Assembly: GCA_009103225.1 (NCBI GenBank)
Contig: RHPI01003041.1
Span: 391,439 to 455,438 of the forward strand
Direction of reading: 5' to 3'
DNA: 64,000 nucleotides
Origin: Chlorokybus atmophyticus
Lineage: Eukaryota > Plantae > Mesostigma and Chlorokybus algae
Both the position numbers and the translations under genes were made by a program. Below are positions 27,127 through 45,701 of this stretch, one piece after another. The first letter of the stretch is position 1. Each line of letters begins with the position of its first letter. Below the pieces are notes generated by a model. The model saw only the letters and a program-made list of their open reading frames with translations. It was not told the DNA's origin and searched no databases.

Positions 27127-32014
<4,888 letters not shown>

Positions 32015-32104
32015 TGCTCACGCCTGAAAACCGCACAATGCCTTCTGCTACGCCGCCAGCTATGCCGCCGCCCGCCTCAGAGCTCAGCTCTGCCTAACAG
32101 CCGT

Positions 32105-32141
32105 TTTCCCGCCAAATCGCTATCGCTATCTTGGCGGGAAA
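32105..32141. promoter_or_regulatory. Inverted pair of E2F sites in the MCM2/TOP3A bidirectional promoter
   Basis: TTTCCCGCCAA (32105-32115), a 15-bp spacer, then TTGGCGGGAAA (32131-32141). Both match the E2F consensus TTTSSCGC. The pair is 91 bp from the MCM2 ATG. Confidence 0.8.
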
Positions 32142-32654
32142 GCCGACAGAATGTAACAAACTGTGGCGTTCCACTTCACCTCCGGCCTGCCGTTACACCC
32201 ACAGCTTTGACATTGCCGCCAACGAGGTGCAGACGGAGGCCGCGCTTGCGGTGGCTGCACCGGTGGACCAACTTGCGGCTCAGTCTACGCTACTGCTCCT
32301 GACATGGAGCAACACGTCAAGCAGTGATGAGTGTAGCCAGCTAGGCAAGCTCGGCAGCTAGTTGGGCTAGTGCTTGCTGCATTTCACAGACACAGTTAGC
32401 GGTTCTGCGTTTCCATGTCACACACTCCAACTTAGCGGATGTTTGCATTGCAAAGCAGCCTGCAGCAGTGCCTTACACTGTTTACTACACAGCATACAGC
32501 TTAGGCATGATTCATGCCGCACGTTTGTTGAAGCCTGACGGCTGAGCTGACAACGAGTCACTTCTTACGCATGCCTGCTTGATGGCCGCACTGAAAGCTG
32601 AGGCTGCTTTCAAGCTGGGCTCAGCAGCAACGGTAGCAGCAGCTGCTGCTGACC

Positions 32655-35600
32655 ATGCCTATCCGCGCGCTCAATGTGGCAGAAAAGCCGTCCGTGGCAA
32701 AGGAGGTGGGCTAGATTGTGTTGGTCGATGTGACTTGCTACAAGTTGTGAGGCTGTTCTCTTCTTAACTGGTGTAAGTGTGCGCTTGCCTATTTGCACAA
32801 GTGCAGGTGGCAAGGATCTTGAGCCATGGCCAAATGCAAACCCGCGATGGTTTCAGCCAGTACAATCGCGTATTCGATTTCGATTATCAAATTAACGGCC
32901 AGGTGAGGAGCTATCCGTGTGCGTCATTTTGAATTCTCACTTAGCGCGTATTCAGGCGTATGTACCGAAAGCATCTTGCAGCACTGCATGCGTATTGTGC
33001 TGGTAAATATAACAGCAGCACACAGTTAACTGCATGCGTTCATCGTTGCTCCGTCAAGATACTGCGTGCATTCATCATTGCATTGCTGACCAGCAGCCTG
33101 CTCACTGCAGAACATGGAGATGATGATGACCAGCGTTACTGGCCATCTCATGGAGCTGGAGTTTGATGCTGCATACAAGAAGTGGACAGCTTGCCAGCCG
33201 GTTGTACTGTTTGATGCACACGTGCGCAAGCAAGTGGCCAAGGTTAGCGTAATTATGCTTGCATAATCTGCAGCGCAACACGTCAAGGGCACACATTATG
33301 TTACGCGTGTTTCCCAAGTAAGCATGCTGTCATTATTGCATATGTTCAATAGTTACAGCGTTGTATGTGACAGACTTGGCATGGGTTCTCTTGTAGTGGT
33401 AGCATGTTGTCCGTGATTCCAGTCACCATGTGCGTGGTGCCATTTGCATGCGGTAGTGCTCTCAACATAGCACCCAGCACTTTTGTAATCCACAGGACAA
33501 GCTACCATTGGAAAAGACGTTGCAGCGTGAAGCTCGCAGGGCGCAATGGCTTGTGCTATGGCTGGATTGTGACCGAGAAGGCGAGAACATTGCTTTTGAA
33601 GTGATTGAAGTGTGCAAAGGAGCGAACCCACGTCTGCAGGTGATCCCAGCTGGAGTGGTGTTGAAACTATGGTCTCTGCGGGCCTAATTTGCGAGTGTGC
33701 TGCTGTATGGAGTGCAGGTTTTTCGAGCAAGGTTCTCTGCTCTGATTCCGAGAGACATTGAGATGGCTGCTCAAAACCTACAGGTGATGCATTTGGTTTC
33801 TGTGCTACTGGTGGTACAGTGCATACACGTTATAGGGCTGCACACACTTGTAGACTTGTAGTTGTTGTTGAAGCTGTGCACCAAGGCATTCATACCTGCT
33901 TGCAGTGACACATGAGTGCATGCTTGCACCATGTACAGCATGCCCTGTCCTTGAGTGACACAAGTATTTGCATGGTGGGCTTGTTGCTTCCACGCCTTGC
34001 ACTGTTGCTGTTGTTTTAAAAGGTGTACCGCTGATATTGGCATTGCTTTCACAGGCACCAGATGAGCGCGCAGCTGCCGCGGTGGACGCTCGACAGGAGA
34101 TAGACCTTCGCATTGGAGCAGCGTTCACGCGGTTCCAGACATTGCTCCTGCAGGTTGGTGCAACTGCCAGCCGCAAACCCAGGGTTCTGTTGTGGTGGCC
34201 GAAGGTGACCTGAGGTGTGCAGGATAGGTTTGACATGCCTGAAGAGTTCAAGGCATCCATTATCAGCTACGGGCCCTGCCAGTTCCCAACGCTGGGCTTT
34301 GTTGTTGAGCGTTACTGGCAGATCAAAGCACACGTCCCCGAGGACTTCTGGCGCATAACTTTCAAGTAAAGCAGCTGCCGTTCTAACATGCGTAAGACAA
34401 CTCACAAGACACACGATTCAACATAAACGCGCAGTATATTGCAGGTACGTTGACCCTGTTGACAATATCCCGTGCCACTTTGACTGGGCGAGGGGACGCC
34501 TATTTGACCATGCAGCTGCCACAGTTTTGTATGAGATGTGTGTTGAGGACACCCTGGCAACCGTTGTGGACGTGAAAGGAAGCGAGCGCAAAAAGTATCC
34601 TCCTTTTCCTTTGAACACAGTTGAACTGCAGAAGCGCGCGTCCAGGTATGCACACAGAGTAGTATTGCATACTGATAAGCGTTATACATAGTGCTTACAA
34701 CAGAACTTGTAAAGGTATCTGCGCCTCGGGTCAGAGACTGTAATGAAGATTGCAGAGGAGTTGTACCAAGAGGGTTACATCAGCTATCCCAGGACAGAAA
34801 CGGATAGGTTGGCGGTGAAGGCTGCAATTACTGTAGCTTGCTCGCCTTTGTAAACCTTTGTGTGCGTCTGGTGGTCGATGTGACACATTTTATGTGCGTG
34901 TGCAGCTTTCCACAAAACATGGACCTTCGCGCAGTAGTGGCGGAGCATCAACACAACCCGGAGTGGGGTCAGTATGCCCAGCGCCTGTTGGATCCGCAGG
35001 GAGGACTATGGAGGAATCCAGCCAATGGTGGACACAATGATCAAGCGCATCCTCCGATTGGGCCTACAAAGGTTGGTATCACCTCCGCCACAAGCACAGG
35101 GCTTGGCGTATTGTACACACATAGCAACTGATGATGACAATTGCCTGTGTGACAACAGCCTGCAGCCGCCGGCATGGTCCAGTGGTCGGAAAACAAATGG
35201 AGGCTGTACGAGTTTATTGTCCGCCACTTTCTTGCGTGCGCCTCAATGCCAGCCATTGGCTATGAAACCGTGGTAGACATCAGCATATCTGGAGAGGGGT
35301 TTACGGCACGTGGCATGATGATTACCGCTCGCAACTATCTGGACGTGTATCGTTACGAAAAGTAAGTATGGAAGGAAGTGTGTTGGCTAGTGTCTACAGC
35401 GCCTTGCCGTCTAACTGTGATCCGTCACATTGTTCGTTGTCAATTGTACGTTGTCTGTGAATTGTTGCCACTACACATGCATGCATGTTCAGCATGTGGA
35501 GTTGTATGTGGTGTAGCTTTTAACTACATCATATCCATGAAGTGGTCCTTACAAGCACTGCATTGGACGCACAGCACTGAAACTGTTGTCTGCAGTTGGG

Positions 35601-37771
35601 GAGATCGAAGCTTGCCAAGCTTCCACCCAGGTCAACAGTTCATGCCGACAGCGCTGGAGTTGGCTCAATCACAGACAGAACCACCCCACCTGCTGAGTGA
35701 GTCAGAACTCATTGGCTTGATGGACACCAACGGCATCGGCACAGATGCCACAATGCATGACCACATCAAGACCATAACAAAGCGGTATGACACATTACCT
35801 TGGCGTGCATGGGCATGCATCCCTTGCGAGCATTTCTGTGCGCGCGTGTGTGTCTGTGCTGCTTAACTTACAAGTCTGTGCATTGCGCTTCAAAGAAACT
35901 ATGCAATCAAGAACAACAGGCAACAATTTACGCCTACTCCACTTGGTGAAGCCTTGGTGCTGGGCTACGATGCTATGGGTTACGACTTATGGAAACCAGC
36001 GTTGCGGGCTGCCATGGAGGCAGACATGAAGCGCGTTGGGGTTGGTTCCAAGACCAAGCAGGCAGCTGTGCTTGAGTGCCTGACGATAATGAAGCAGACC
36101 TTCTCTCAAGCCAATGCGCAGAAAGACAAACTGCTAGAGGCCATGACGCAGTTCTTTGCACCAGCAGCAGGGAATCATCATGCAAACAACAGCGGCCACA
36201 ATGGTGCTCAGGGCGGATCAGCCGGGGAGTTTGTGCGAGCATGCCCAATGTGCAATTGCAACTTCCTTCTCCGCCAGCGTCCCGAAAATGGCAAGTTCTT
36301 CATAGGCTGCTCAGGCTTCCCGCAGTGCAGAAACGTCCTTTGGCTGCCCACTGCAACGCTCGAAACGCAGGTACTAGTACGCAAGAAACCTGATCATGCA
36401 TGGGTTTCCTTGCCTGTTCTCATGCTGTGTTGTTCTTGTGCGTTGCGGTAGGTAACAACGGAGACTTGCGCAATGTGCCAACCAGCGCCTGTGTACATGG
36501 TGCGGTTCAAATTCAATCGAGTGAGCTTGCCGCTCAGCATGGGCCATATGGTCAATTATGTTGGGTGTGTCGGCTGCGATGGTCCGCTGCTTGACTTGTT
36601 TGAGATGTGCAACTATGGCGGCCCTGGTGGAGGAGGTGGCGGTGGCGGTGGTGGCGGCCCAGGTTTGTGTTAGCTGACCTCTGGGTGCCTATGATTTGGT
36701 TGGCAATGGAGCACATGTACGTTCAAAAATGCATACATGCACGCGTGACGCACACATGCAGGCACGCACAGAACAAAACACACTCACACATATGCCCACG
36801 TATGCTTGAACCCGCAGCACGTGTGCATGCACACACGCGCCCTGAAAGCGAACCTGATCTGTCATGCAGGCAATGGTGGAGGGGGCAACAGTCGACCGCC
36901 AGGAGGCTCCGCGCCATTTGCGGTTCCCACTCAGAACGCGGCTGCACGGGCCTCTGCTAGCACCAACCACCATAGACCTGCTCCTGCACCTGCACCCTCA
37001 ACAACTGCACCATCCCAGGCTCGGCCTGCAGCCCGCGCGCCACCCTTCAACCCTTACCAGCCCGCACCCAATCACGGCTTTCAACCCGCCAGCAACCTCA
37101 ACATGTTCCCGGGAGGTACACTGCGTGTAATGACTGCACAAGTACACATGTAATTGGGCTGGCTTGCACACTCACACGCATACGTACTCGGCAGGTGGGT
37201 ACCAGGCAGCAGCAGATGGTAGCGGCTTCCCCAGCAGCTCTCATCATCCAAGGTCTGGGCCTGGTTCAGCGAGGAGAGGCGGTCAACAAGAGACTGGCAA
37301 CAGAGGCACGGCTCGCCGTGGCGCGCAGCCCACAGGACACAGTGCGATCCCGCACTGCAACTGCGGCACACCTGCAACAGAACGCACTGCCAACACAGCC
37401 ACCAACCCCAACCGAGTTTTCTACACGTGCAACGTGTGCCACTATTTCCAGTGGAGAGACGAACTTGGCAATGCAGGTGTGTGTATGTGTATGCTCTTCA
37501 TGCTTGCTCGGAAGGGGGGGTCAACTGCTTGTGGGCTGAAGTGTATGCATGCATGCTTCCAGCCAGGAGCAACGCGGCAACGGGTGCAAGCAGAAATCGC
37601 AGCGGCAGCCAAAGCGCGGCACGCGGAGCGCGAGGTAGAGGGCGGGGAAGAGCGGGGAAGGCGAGGGGAGGAGCTGGTCGCGCCTCGGCGTCCGCATCAT
37701 CGGGCTGCTTCAAGTGTGGGGAGCAGGGCCATTTCGCCAGTGGTTGTCCCAATCAGCACAACTTTATGTGA
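32655..37771 (+). CDS. TOP3A: DNA topoisomerase III alpha
   Basis: [17 protein letters not shown] (TOPRIM); [12 protein letters not shown] ([12 protein letters not shown] region, spliced); [22 protein letters not shown]; [17 protein letters not shown]; [11 protein letters not shown] (catalytic Tyr); [13 protein letters not shown]; C4 zinc ribbons; GRF finger (CNCGTPA...[14 protein letters not shown]); terminal CCHC knuckle [14 protein letters not shown]. An upstream targeting exon is not excluded. Confidence 0.95.
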
Positions 37772-38666
37772 GCAAACGAGGCACACAATACCAACATGCA
37801 CCATGCAGAAACTGCAGTCACTCATCCATACTGTATAGTACTAAAAGCCCGTTGATCACATCTGTAGCAATTGAAGCTGAATGCACATGCCTGACAGCAT
37901 GCGCCGAATGGATTATCCACTCTCATATTTTGATGTTAACCTTCAACCATGCTGTTCCGGGAGATGCGTTGCATGCAGCCAAGCCTGGCAGGCAGGGTGA
38001 GGGCGCCAAGGTCTGCGTGCTGAAGCATGTGCATGTGTGCATAGGAATGCACTTCCAAGGTAGGTCCTGGTAAACATACTCTGCATGGTGCAGCAACCCC
38101 ATGTGTTGAGCACAGCCATGTTGATGTGTGGACATTGTCAGGTCCATGTCATCAACGGAACATGCAGGTGCGTTGCTAGGGTTACCTCAATGTTGGAAAT
38201 GTGCTTACAATTACTTGTCACTATGACAAAGCTTTTGTAAGTGCAATGTCTGAGTAACCAACCACATTTTGCGCGGATACCACCATCCAGAGTACAGCAT
38301 TATTGCAATGGTACAGCTGGCAGAACCAAGTGTACTGTCAATGAGGTTTGACAACTGTGGTGCAGCAGAGTAGGTACAGCCTGCACCTACAGAACAATAC
38401 TGGCTACTGCACTTCGCGCAAAGTTGGCCTGCTGCTTGGTGGTTGGTAAGTGTCGTGGCAGCTTCAATGTTCATCAAAAGGGCGTTGCTCTCTGTCCAGA
38501 AGATGGACAAGCTGTGATTGAAAGATGCACAAAGCAGTCAAGCACATCTGATGACGATGTTGGGCGGAGTTGACATATTGCTGCTGAGTGTTACTACCCA
38601 TAATATCCGTGCGCAATGCAGTTGATGCGCTCAACTACATTGGGCGTGGCCGGTGATTTGGACATA

Positions 38667-39007
38667 CCGTATTTACCCGGATAGAAGCCCTCCCCGAATA
38701 CAAACTGCCCTGGCAAAATAGGGTTGGGGGCTCGTATAAACACTTACAAGGCTCCAAGACCGTTTACAAGCCCCCACATGACTCAATGGTCCCCGATTGT
38801 GCTGCCTGGGTTACACTTGACGCGCGTGAATTTTACTGCCCTGCGTGGGACACGCGCGCAACAAGTGACTCAGCCAATTCAGCGAATCTCGCGCCGAGTA
38901 GAAGCCCCCCCTTTCCAATAAAAGCCACCTCCCCCAAGTACAAGCTTCCTTCATTAAAAAGGGTGGAGGGCTTTGTAAAAAGGGGGCTTCTAACCGAGCA
39001 AATACCG
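38667..39007. mobile_element. MITE, Tc1/mariner-pogo (Tc2-like) type, 341 bp
   Basis: TA on both flanks. 24-bp TIR CCGTATTTACCCGGATAGAAGCCC versus reverse complement of the right end CGGTATTTGCTCGGTTAGAAGCCC (20/24). Repeated internal AAGCCC/GGGCT motifs; no ORF. Confidence 0.8.
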
Positions 39008-39680
39008 TACTGATTGTCTCCGCATGCTTGCTGATGCTGTTTTTTGATTACATCTGGCCCTATCCGTGAGTTTGCTTGCTTGCCTTATCCAAACTCTCAT
39101 ATCAGTCATGCTACATGACAAACTACCCCATCTGAAGTCAAGTGCGCAGTAGCTCATGCCAGACAGGGAGTGTAGGCAGGTAGGGGGAAAGGGGCGTATG
39201 CAAATGCAAGTACCAACCACGACATATGCAAAGACTGTGGCAGGATGACTCGGCAACATCCACAGCAACCACAACTTCCACTCTCTATACAACATCACAA
39301 CGCAAATGTGCCATGGGCGGACGGGGCAGGGAGTTGGCAGGAGCTGTCAGGCAGAAGGCAACGTTAGAGTTAGACACAGCAACAGTAGCATGTGCGCTGG
39401 GCCCCACAGCAGCACATCGAGCAGGTAAAGGTAGCAGCCAAAAGGCAGCACATGACATGCACACTCCAATGACAGCCATTCCATCCGCAATGAGAACATT
39501 TGATGATGACAGGTCTATACCACCTGCCATGGTGTACTTGATATAGCGGATAAACACCGTTCTGTCAATGCTGCCAAAAACGCATTGACAAGGGCCTGAG
39601 AATGGTCAGACCCTGCGTACCACAACAGGCAAAACTGCTGCAATAGTCGTGTGCAACTCCAAAATTGTGGAAGTTCAACT

Positions 39681-42600
39681 TCAGTCCGTTCTGGCTTTCA
39701 GGGTGACGGTGAGAGTCTCGCCCAGCTGGGGTGACGCCATTTTGTGGCCTCGGTGTGCGACCCAGAAGGATGCGTACATGTTCACGCGATCCAAAAAGTC
39801 CCGCCCACTGCCATTGTTCCTCGCAACGCATGTCACTGCCAAGGCAAACAAGGCGACACATTATCAGATGAGACTGCAGGCGCATTCACTTTCAACCAGA
39901 TCAGTGAACTGGCACCAGACCGACAGCAATTGTGCCCAGTGATGCTAATGTTGATTGTTACCTTCAAATCCGGCCTTTCTGATAAGCTCAGCATAAGGCG
40001 GGTTGAGGGATGCGCTGCGCCAGATCACGCGACCGCCAGGGACAACATGTTTGCGAAGGGCGCTGGCCAGCTCCTTGCCTGCTGTCTCATCCAGCCAGTC
40101 GACATGATCCATCAGGATTACCTGCCAACAAAATAACCAAATATTACACTTGGCACAGTAAACGGCTGTACACTACTCTGGCTGAGGTGGGATTGCACTT
40201 ACCTTGGTGTACATCCGCTGCCGAAGTACATCAAGGAAGCGACCCGTGACAACCGTCACATGGTCTGCAACACCCTGCATGAGGCGCTTGTGCTCGGCCT
40301 CCTGCAGATAGCGAGGACAGCACTGCTTGGTGAAGCGGCCAGTCAGGCAGACCTGCAATCAAGAAAGCTATGTCAGCCAACACACTTACACGTACCAAAA
40401 CAACAACCAACACCATACACAATCAGGGTAAGAGAACTGCAGAGCAACATACCAGGTAGAAGTGGTTTTCAGTGGCGAGGTGCGAGTTGTAGGCAACGCC
40501 ACGCAGTGCTCGTGCAGCGTAATCGCAGATGTGCACCTTGTCATTTGCGATGAGTTCAAGTTGCTGTCGCGGTACACCCGCGCACAGCCACATCACAAAG
40601 CGGTTCATCATCACCACCGTCCACACAGTGTACACCCATGAGTAAAGCAACCTGAGAGACAGTCAGGTAAGCATATTGCCAGATTGTACACACAACGCGC
40701 AACACATCAAGCAATGACTAACCGTGGGCCAGAGCGGCAAAAGCTTGTCACCCATGACGATCGCCACATCTTTTGCTGGTCCTCTAATGTGGGTGCAGTG
40801 ACCAGCTGGCGTACGCGTCCCGTCATGCCGCAGACCATGCACAGTATCCGAATGAACCAGATCAAGTTGCCCATTCCCCCATAGTAGTACAAACCCCTGT
40901 TAAAGTAGTGGAGCCGACTAGCCCAGAATGTGCGCGCACCCTGCAAGAAGTTAAGGTGAGGATATTGCAACCATTGGTATAGATCTACGCAACTGATGTG
41001 TATGGGTAAATGTAATCACCTCGCTCAGGAAGGGTGCGAGATCTCGCTCAAAGATCTGGTCAATGTTGGGATGGCGACCCTCGCCAAACATCAACCAGGT
41101 GTCCTCATATGGTAGTCGCCTGGAGGCTTGCAGTTTCAGCTCCAAGAGGAAGCTCTGCGCTGGATTCATGTCAACTGCCACCACCTGCTTTGCACCCTGC
41201 AAACACATTGGTAAAGTTAGATTTGGACACAGCTCGTCATTTGCATGCTACTCATGAATGGAGGTGAGTATCAACCTGAAGGGCCAGGTCCATAGCATTG
41301 TCTCCACCGCTGGTGAGTGTGAGCACGACGTCACCCGGGCCAGTTTCCATCACCGGGGCGTCCACATCAGGGTCCTCCCAGGACACCGAGTACAGGAAAG
41401 TGTTGGGAAACAGGAGAGGGGTCTCAGTCTTCTGTTCCGCTGGGGGAGCCACCAACACTGAAAGAAGGAGCAGTTTCAGTCAGTGCATTCTCTCTAACCA
41501 ACAAGTCATCCGCACACGTTGCAGTGATGCTTACGTTGCCCTGGCAGTGGTTTCTGCCCAATCCACATGTACCAAGGAGCGCGAAGAAAAGGCACATATG
41601 GTATGGAACCCTGCATTGCGGCCATGATGATGTCAGCCATAGTCAATGAGTGAGCACATGTGTGCGCCGTCACTGGCTATGCATTGACAAGTTATGACGT
41701 GAGCTTGCTCACCTGGCTGTTGTACTCTGAGACTCGTGTCAACCTGTAGTCCAGGTACTCGCGTCGCGCAGAGCTGAGGTTGATGTTGTCTGTGTCGAAC
41801 ACACACCTGCAGACCAAGCCAGCGTCTCGTAAGCACAATACAACGCAGAATAAGGTGTTACTGTCTACAGCGGATATCAGCCTCACCTCCAGAACCACCG
41901 CTGCAGGGTGCCATGCTGCCTCAGCGGCATGTCATACTTGCTGCTGACATAGAAGTCGGCAACACTTAGGAACCCGCCCTCACGAAGATAGGACACGGCC
42001 TGATCCACTGCCGCGTGGAAGGGTGGAATCACTGTAACAGGCGAAAGAGTGTTAGACCAAACAGCCAAGAGCAGGCAGTGTTTAAGCAGGCAGTGTCACG
42101 TACTTGTGAGCGAGTAGGAGAAAGTCACGAGGTCAGCTTGCAAGCCATTGGCTGGTGCAAACAGGCAGGCATCCGCCTCAACAACCTCCACATTGCTCCA
42201 GTTGTTCTTGATGGCCTGCATGCCAAACAGCAGAGTGTTCAGCCAGGCAACCCAACCACAAGTCTGTCACATCTCAGAGCAAGCTGTAAATTCGTATCCG
42301 CACCTTCTCCTTTGCGACTTTGCACAGGGAAGGGCACAAGTCCACAATGTAGATCTTCTTGAAGTTGCTGAGCGGCATGTAGTCTGCCATCATGGCTACG
42401 TTTTCCTGCGAATGCAAGGTGTGAAGCAATGCTGAGAGCACACGCAATGCAAACTGGTTGCAGCTCAAGTGAATGGTTAATACACAACAACATACCCCGG
42501 TGCCTCCGCCCAAATCCACCCACACCGCACCATTCACGCCTGCATCTTTCAACCTGGCAGCACTAGCAGCCAGCATTGGCCTGCGGCCCCACAGGAAGGA

Positions 42601-43000
42601 CGACCTGAACCTGTCATCTGTGCAGTTGCAAAAGCCATGAGACACATGAGCTTCACATTTGCGTGTCCACACACATGTACAGTATGTAGCTCAGCTGAGC
42701 AGAAGCTAGCAATGCACCGTAGTATGCTTGTGTGCTTGCTCGCTTACATGCATGAGCTTGAGGGCCATAGAAGCTCTCCAAACGGGCCTTGTGGTCGTCT
42801 CCGGAGGCTGGCTTGAGCCAGATGGCCCGCAGGACGGCCATATCGTCCCGAAAGGAGCGCAGCCGGCTCCCGAGCACCTTGGGCGACAGCGTCAAGGACA
42901 AGGAAGAGCCGGGCGCCCACCCCTCCCCGCTGCCCAGATCCCCAGCTGGCGCGTCCATTCTCTCGGCGCCGGTCCCGACCTCCCCACCCCACGGCGCCAT
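39681..43000 (-). CDS. BTA1: Betaine lipid (DGTS) synthase, bifunctional BtaB-BtaA type
   Basis: [15 protein letters not shown]; [15 protein letters not shown]; WVDLGGGTG; [11 protein letters not shown]...[16 protein letters not shown]; [14 protein letters not shown]; [10 protein letters not shown]; [14 protein letters not shown]; [10 protein letters not shown]; [10 protein letters not shown]. This is the motif order of Chlamydomonas BTA1. The 3' end is slightly uncertain. Confidence 0.95.
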
Positions 43001-44695
43001 GATGACGACGAAGACAACGGAAGCCTTTACGCCGTGTTCACCCTTTTCACCTCCACGCCGCCGCCACCCACCCCGACAGCCACATGCACAACGACAAGCT
43101 TAAAACGCCGTCTATGCCGTGAGCTATGCTCACTGAGCTCTCTTACGGCCGGCAAGTGTTGGCAAGTCGCCGAAGGCAATCGGCAGCCTCCCTGCAGTGG
43201 CTGCCCACTATTGTGCAGACAGTATCGGTCGTGAGCGAGGCTAGCAGCCGGATTCTGTCGTGATACCTTCCGGCAGGCAGCGGTTGGCATCGCCAGTCAG
43301 TAGGTCAAAAAGTCCGGGTGGACTTGTGGCTTGGCTGCTGCGGGAAGAGCGGCGGACAAAAAGTTCCCGGGGGATCTTTTTCTCCGGCCGGAATCTCTTT
43401 CTTCCAGCGGAATCTTCCCTGTTGACAGGCGAACCTGGCTGGCAGTTGCATCTCTGTCGGTGTGGCCGCGGGAGACTGGGGGTTGCAAAATTTCCCGCGG
43501 ACACTGGCGTGCGTTACGCGCTGGTGAATCACACCCGATGTGACGCATGCAGCGACATGACATGTGCGTCGCAGTCGTGAGTCTGAGTGCAAGGCGTGAC
43601 GCACAGTTTGCCCCTTGTACAGTTTAGTGAACAAACAACTTGACAACGCTAACTGCCTAGGGGCCCTCAGTCTGACCCCAGCCCTTGCACTGAAGGCCCA
43701 TGGCAAGTCACGGTCACGAGCGATCAAGCAACAAGTGAGTATGGTTGAACATTTGATGGCATTATCGGATAGGCATTTAAAAGATATTAATGGCTTTATA
43801 ATAATAGGTATGGTTGTTGTGTGTACGAACGGAGTGGAGATTGCATTGGCATGTATAATGCAGACATATGTATCAATGGCACGATGCCATAGAGCAACAT
43901 CATTGCACGGTCATAAATAGCGCACGTGAAACAGCATAGCAAGCAATGAATAGTCCATTGCATTCACTCCCACAGTTGTCAGCATAAAGCATACCATAGT
44001 ATGTGTTCAGCAGTGCTACATATACATACTCCTACTTAGCACCCAACCCTTCCATGCCACACACAAATGCACTTTAAGCTATCCACAATTGTGCATTTGC
44101 ATAAAACTTAACGAATGTTGCATCTGCGGGGGAAGGCAACACCCTTTGGAAAACTTGGTTAAAGTGGTAAGTCAGGCTGTGAGGATGTCGCTTCCAAGGC
44201 TGAATCATGAGCATGTGTAGTGGTTATGAGGTGTGCTCACGCACAGGTTGCCCTTGAGCCCATGCGGCCTTGAGCATAATAAACCGCACAAAACATGAGT
44301 AAGGTAGCACAGAGCTGCTCATTGCTGATATTACGTAGCTTGGTTATGTCACATCGATGTGACACTATGTGTGAGCAGTGGTCACACATGCACGGAGCCG
44401 CTATAAGGCAGATCCAAATGCAAGATAATATCTCTTATTAGTCAATGTATCTACTAAGAAGAACGCAAGGAGCCTTACCATTGATGCGCTTGGTTGGAGT
44501 CCTTGGGCAGCAAGGGGGAGTACATATATAAGGGTGTTGCCAACAGTGTGGTGGGCAACGGAGCCCGAGTGGAGCTACTCTACTCACGTGTGTAGGATGT
44601 AGTTGCTGATACTTGGTATATGCTGTTGTACTTTCTTGAAGCCTGCTGCACACCCGCCGGGATAGGTATGTGTGTGGCGGATGACTGTACTCTTC

Positions 44696-45320
44696 TGTGC
44701 GAGGTATTGTTGCTGTTAATATTAAAACAAGTGTTGTTGTTTTTTCTCAAGTTGAAGTCTGCTCTACACCCGCCGGGACAGGCTATTATGGTAAGTGTGC
44801 AGTAGGTGTCACACATAAGGTGTGCGAGGTATTGTTGCTGTTAATATTAAAACAAGTGTTGTTGTTTTTTCTCAAGTTGAAGTCTGCTCTACACCCGCCG
44901 GGACAGGCTATTATGGTAAGTGTGCAGTAGGTGTCACACATAAGGTGTGCGAGGTATTGTTGCTGTTAATATTAAAACAAGTGTTGTTGTTTTTTCTCAA
45001 GTTGAAGTCTGCTCTACACCCGCCGGGACAGGCTATTATGGTAAGTGTGCAGTAGGTGTCACACATAAGGTGTGCGAGGTATTGTTGCTGTTAATATTAA
45101 AACAAGTGTTGTTGTTTTTTCTCAAGTTGAAGTCTGCTCTACACCCGCCGGGACAGGCTATTATGGTAAGTGTGCAGTAGGTGTCACACATAAGGTGTGC
45201 GAGGTATTGTTGCTGTTAATATTAAAACAAGTGTTGTTGTTTTTTCTCAAGTTGAAGTCTGCTCTACACCCGCCGGGACAGGCTATTATGGTAAGTGTGC
45301 AGTAGGTGTCACACATAAGG
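44696..45320. repeat. Perfect tandem array, 5 x 125 bp
   Basis: Units begin TGTGCGAGGTATTG at 44696, 44821, 44946, 45071 and 45196 and read identical. A diverged partial unit lies upstream (~44625-44670). Confidence 0.97.
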
Positions 45321-45701
45321 TAGGGGGAAAAGGCAGCCTCGCCAATTGTAGGGTTGGCGCTTGAAACCATGGTAGCCTTGTCGTTGTTGCTTTTTTTGGC
45401 CCTTGCTCCCGATGCCGATGTAACATGAGACTATCAGTAATAATCTTCGTTTGAATTGTACATACGTTGTTGCTTTTGATGAGCGTAACGTTATCTGTTT
45501 GTTTTATATGTCTAGTTCAAGTGTTATTGACTGCAGTGGGCTTGTGGCATTGTATGCATGTAAAAAAACCTTTGGTTTGTGAGGCGCTCTCGTGCTCTCT
45601 GTTCTACCCTTCCTTCCAATGCTTGCTGCTCCCCCCCCCCCCCCCCCCCCCCCCNGTTGTCGGCTTCGGACGCGTCTCCAGAAAGACGCAATGGAGATTG
45701 A

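Noticed and set aside
43491-43498. E2F site (TTTCCCGC) upstream of BTA1
   Set aside because: A single 8-mer in GC-rich promoter DNA with no cell-cycle rationale; likely chance.
44696-45320. CRISPR-like array or repeated 77-aa ORFs
   Set aside because: Units are contiguous and identical with no unique spacers, and the context is eukaryotic. The ORFs are by-products of the 125-bp period, which is not a multiple of 3.
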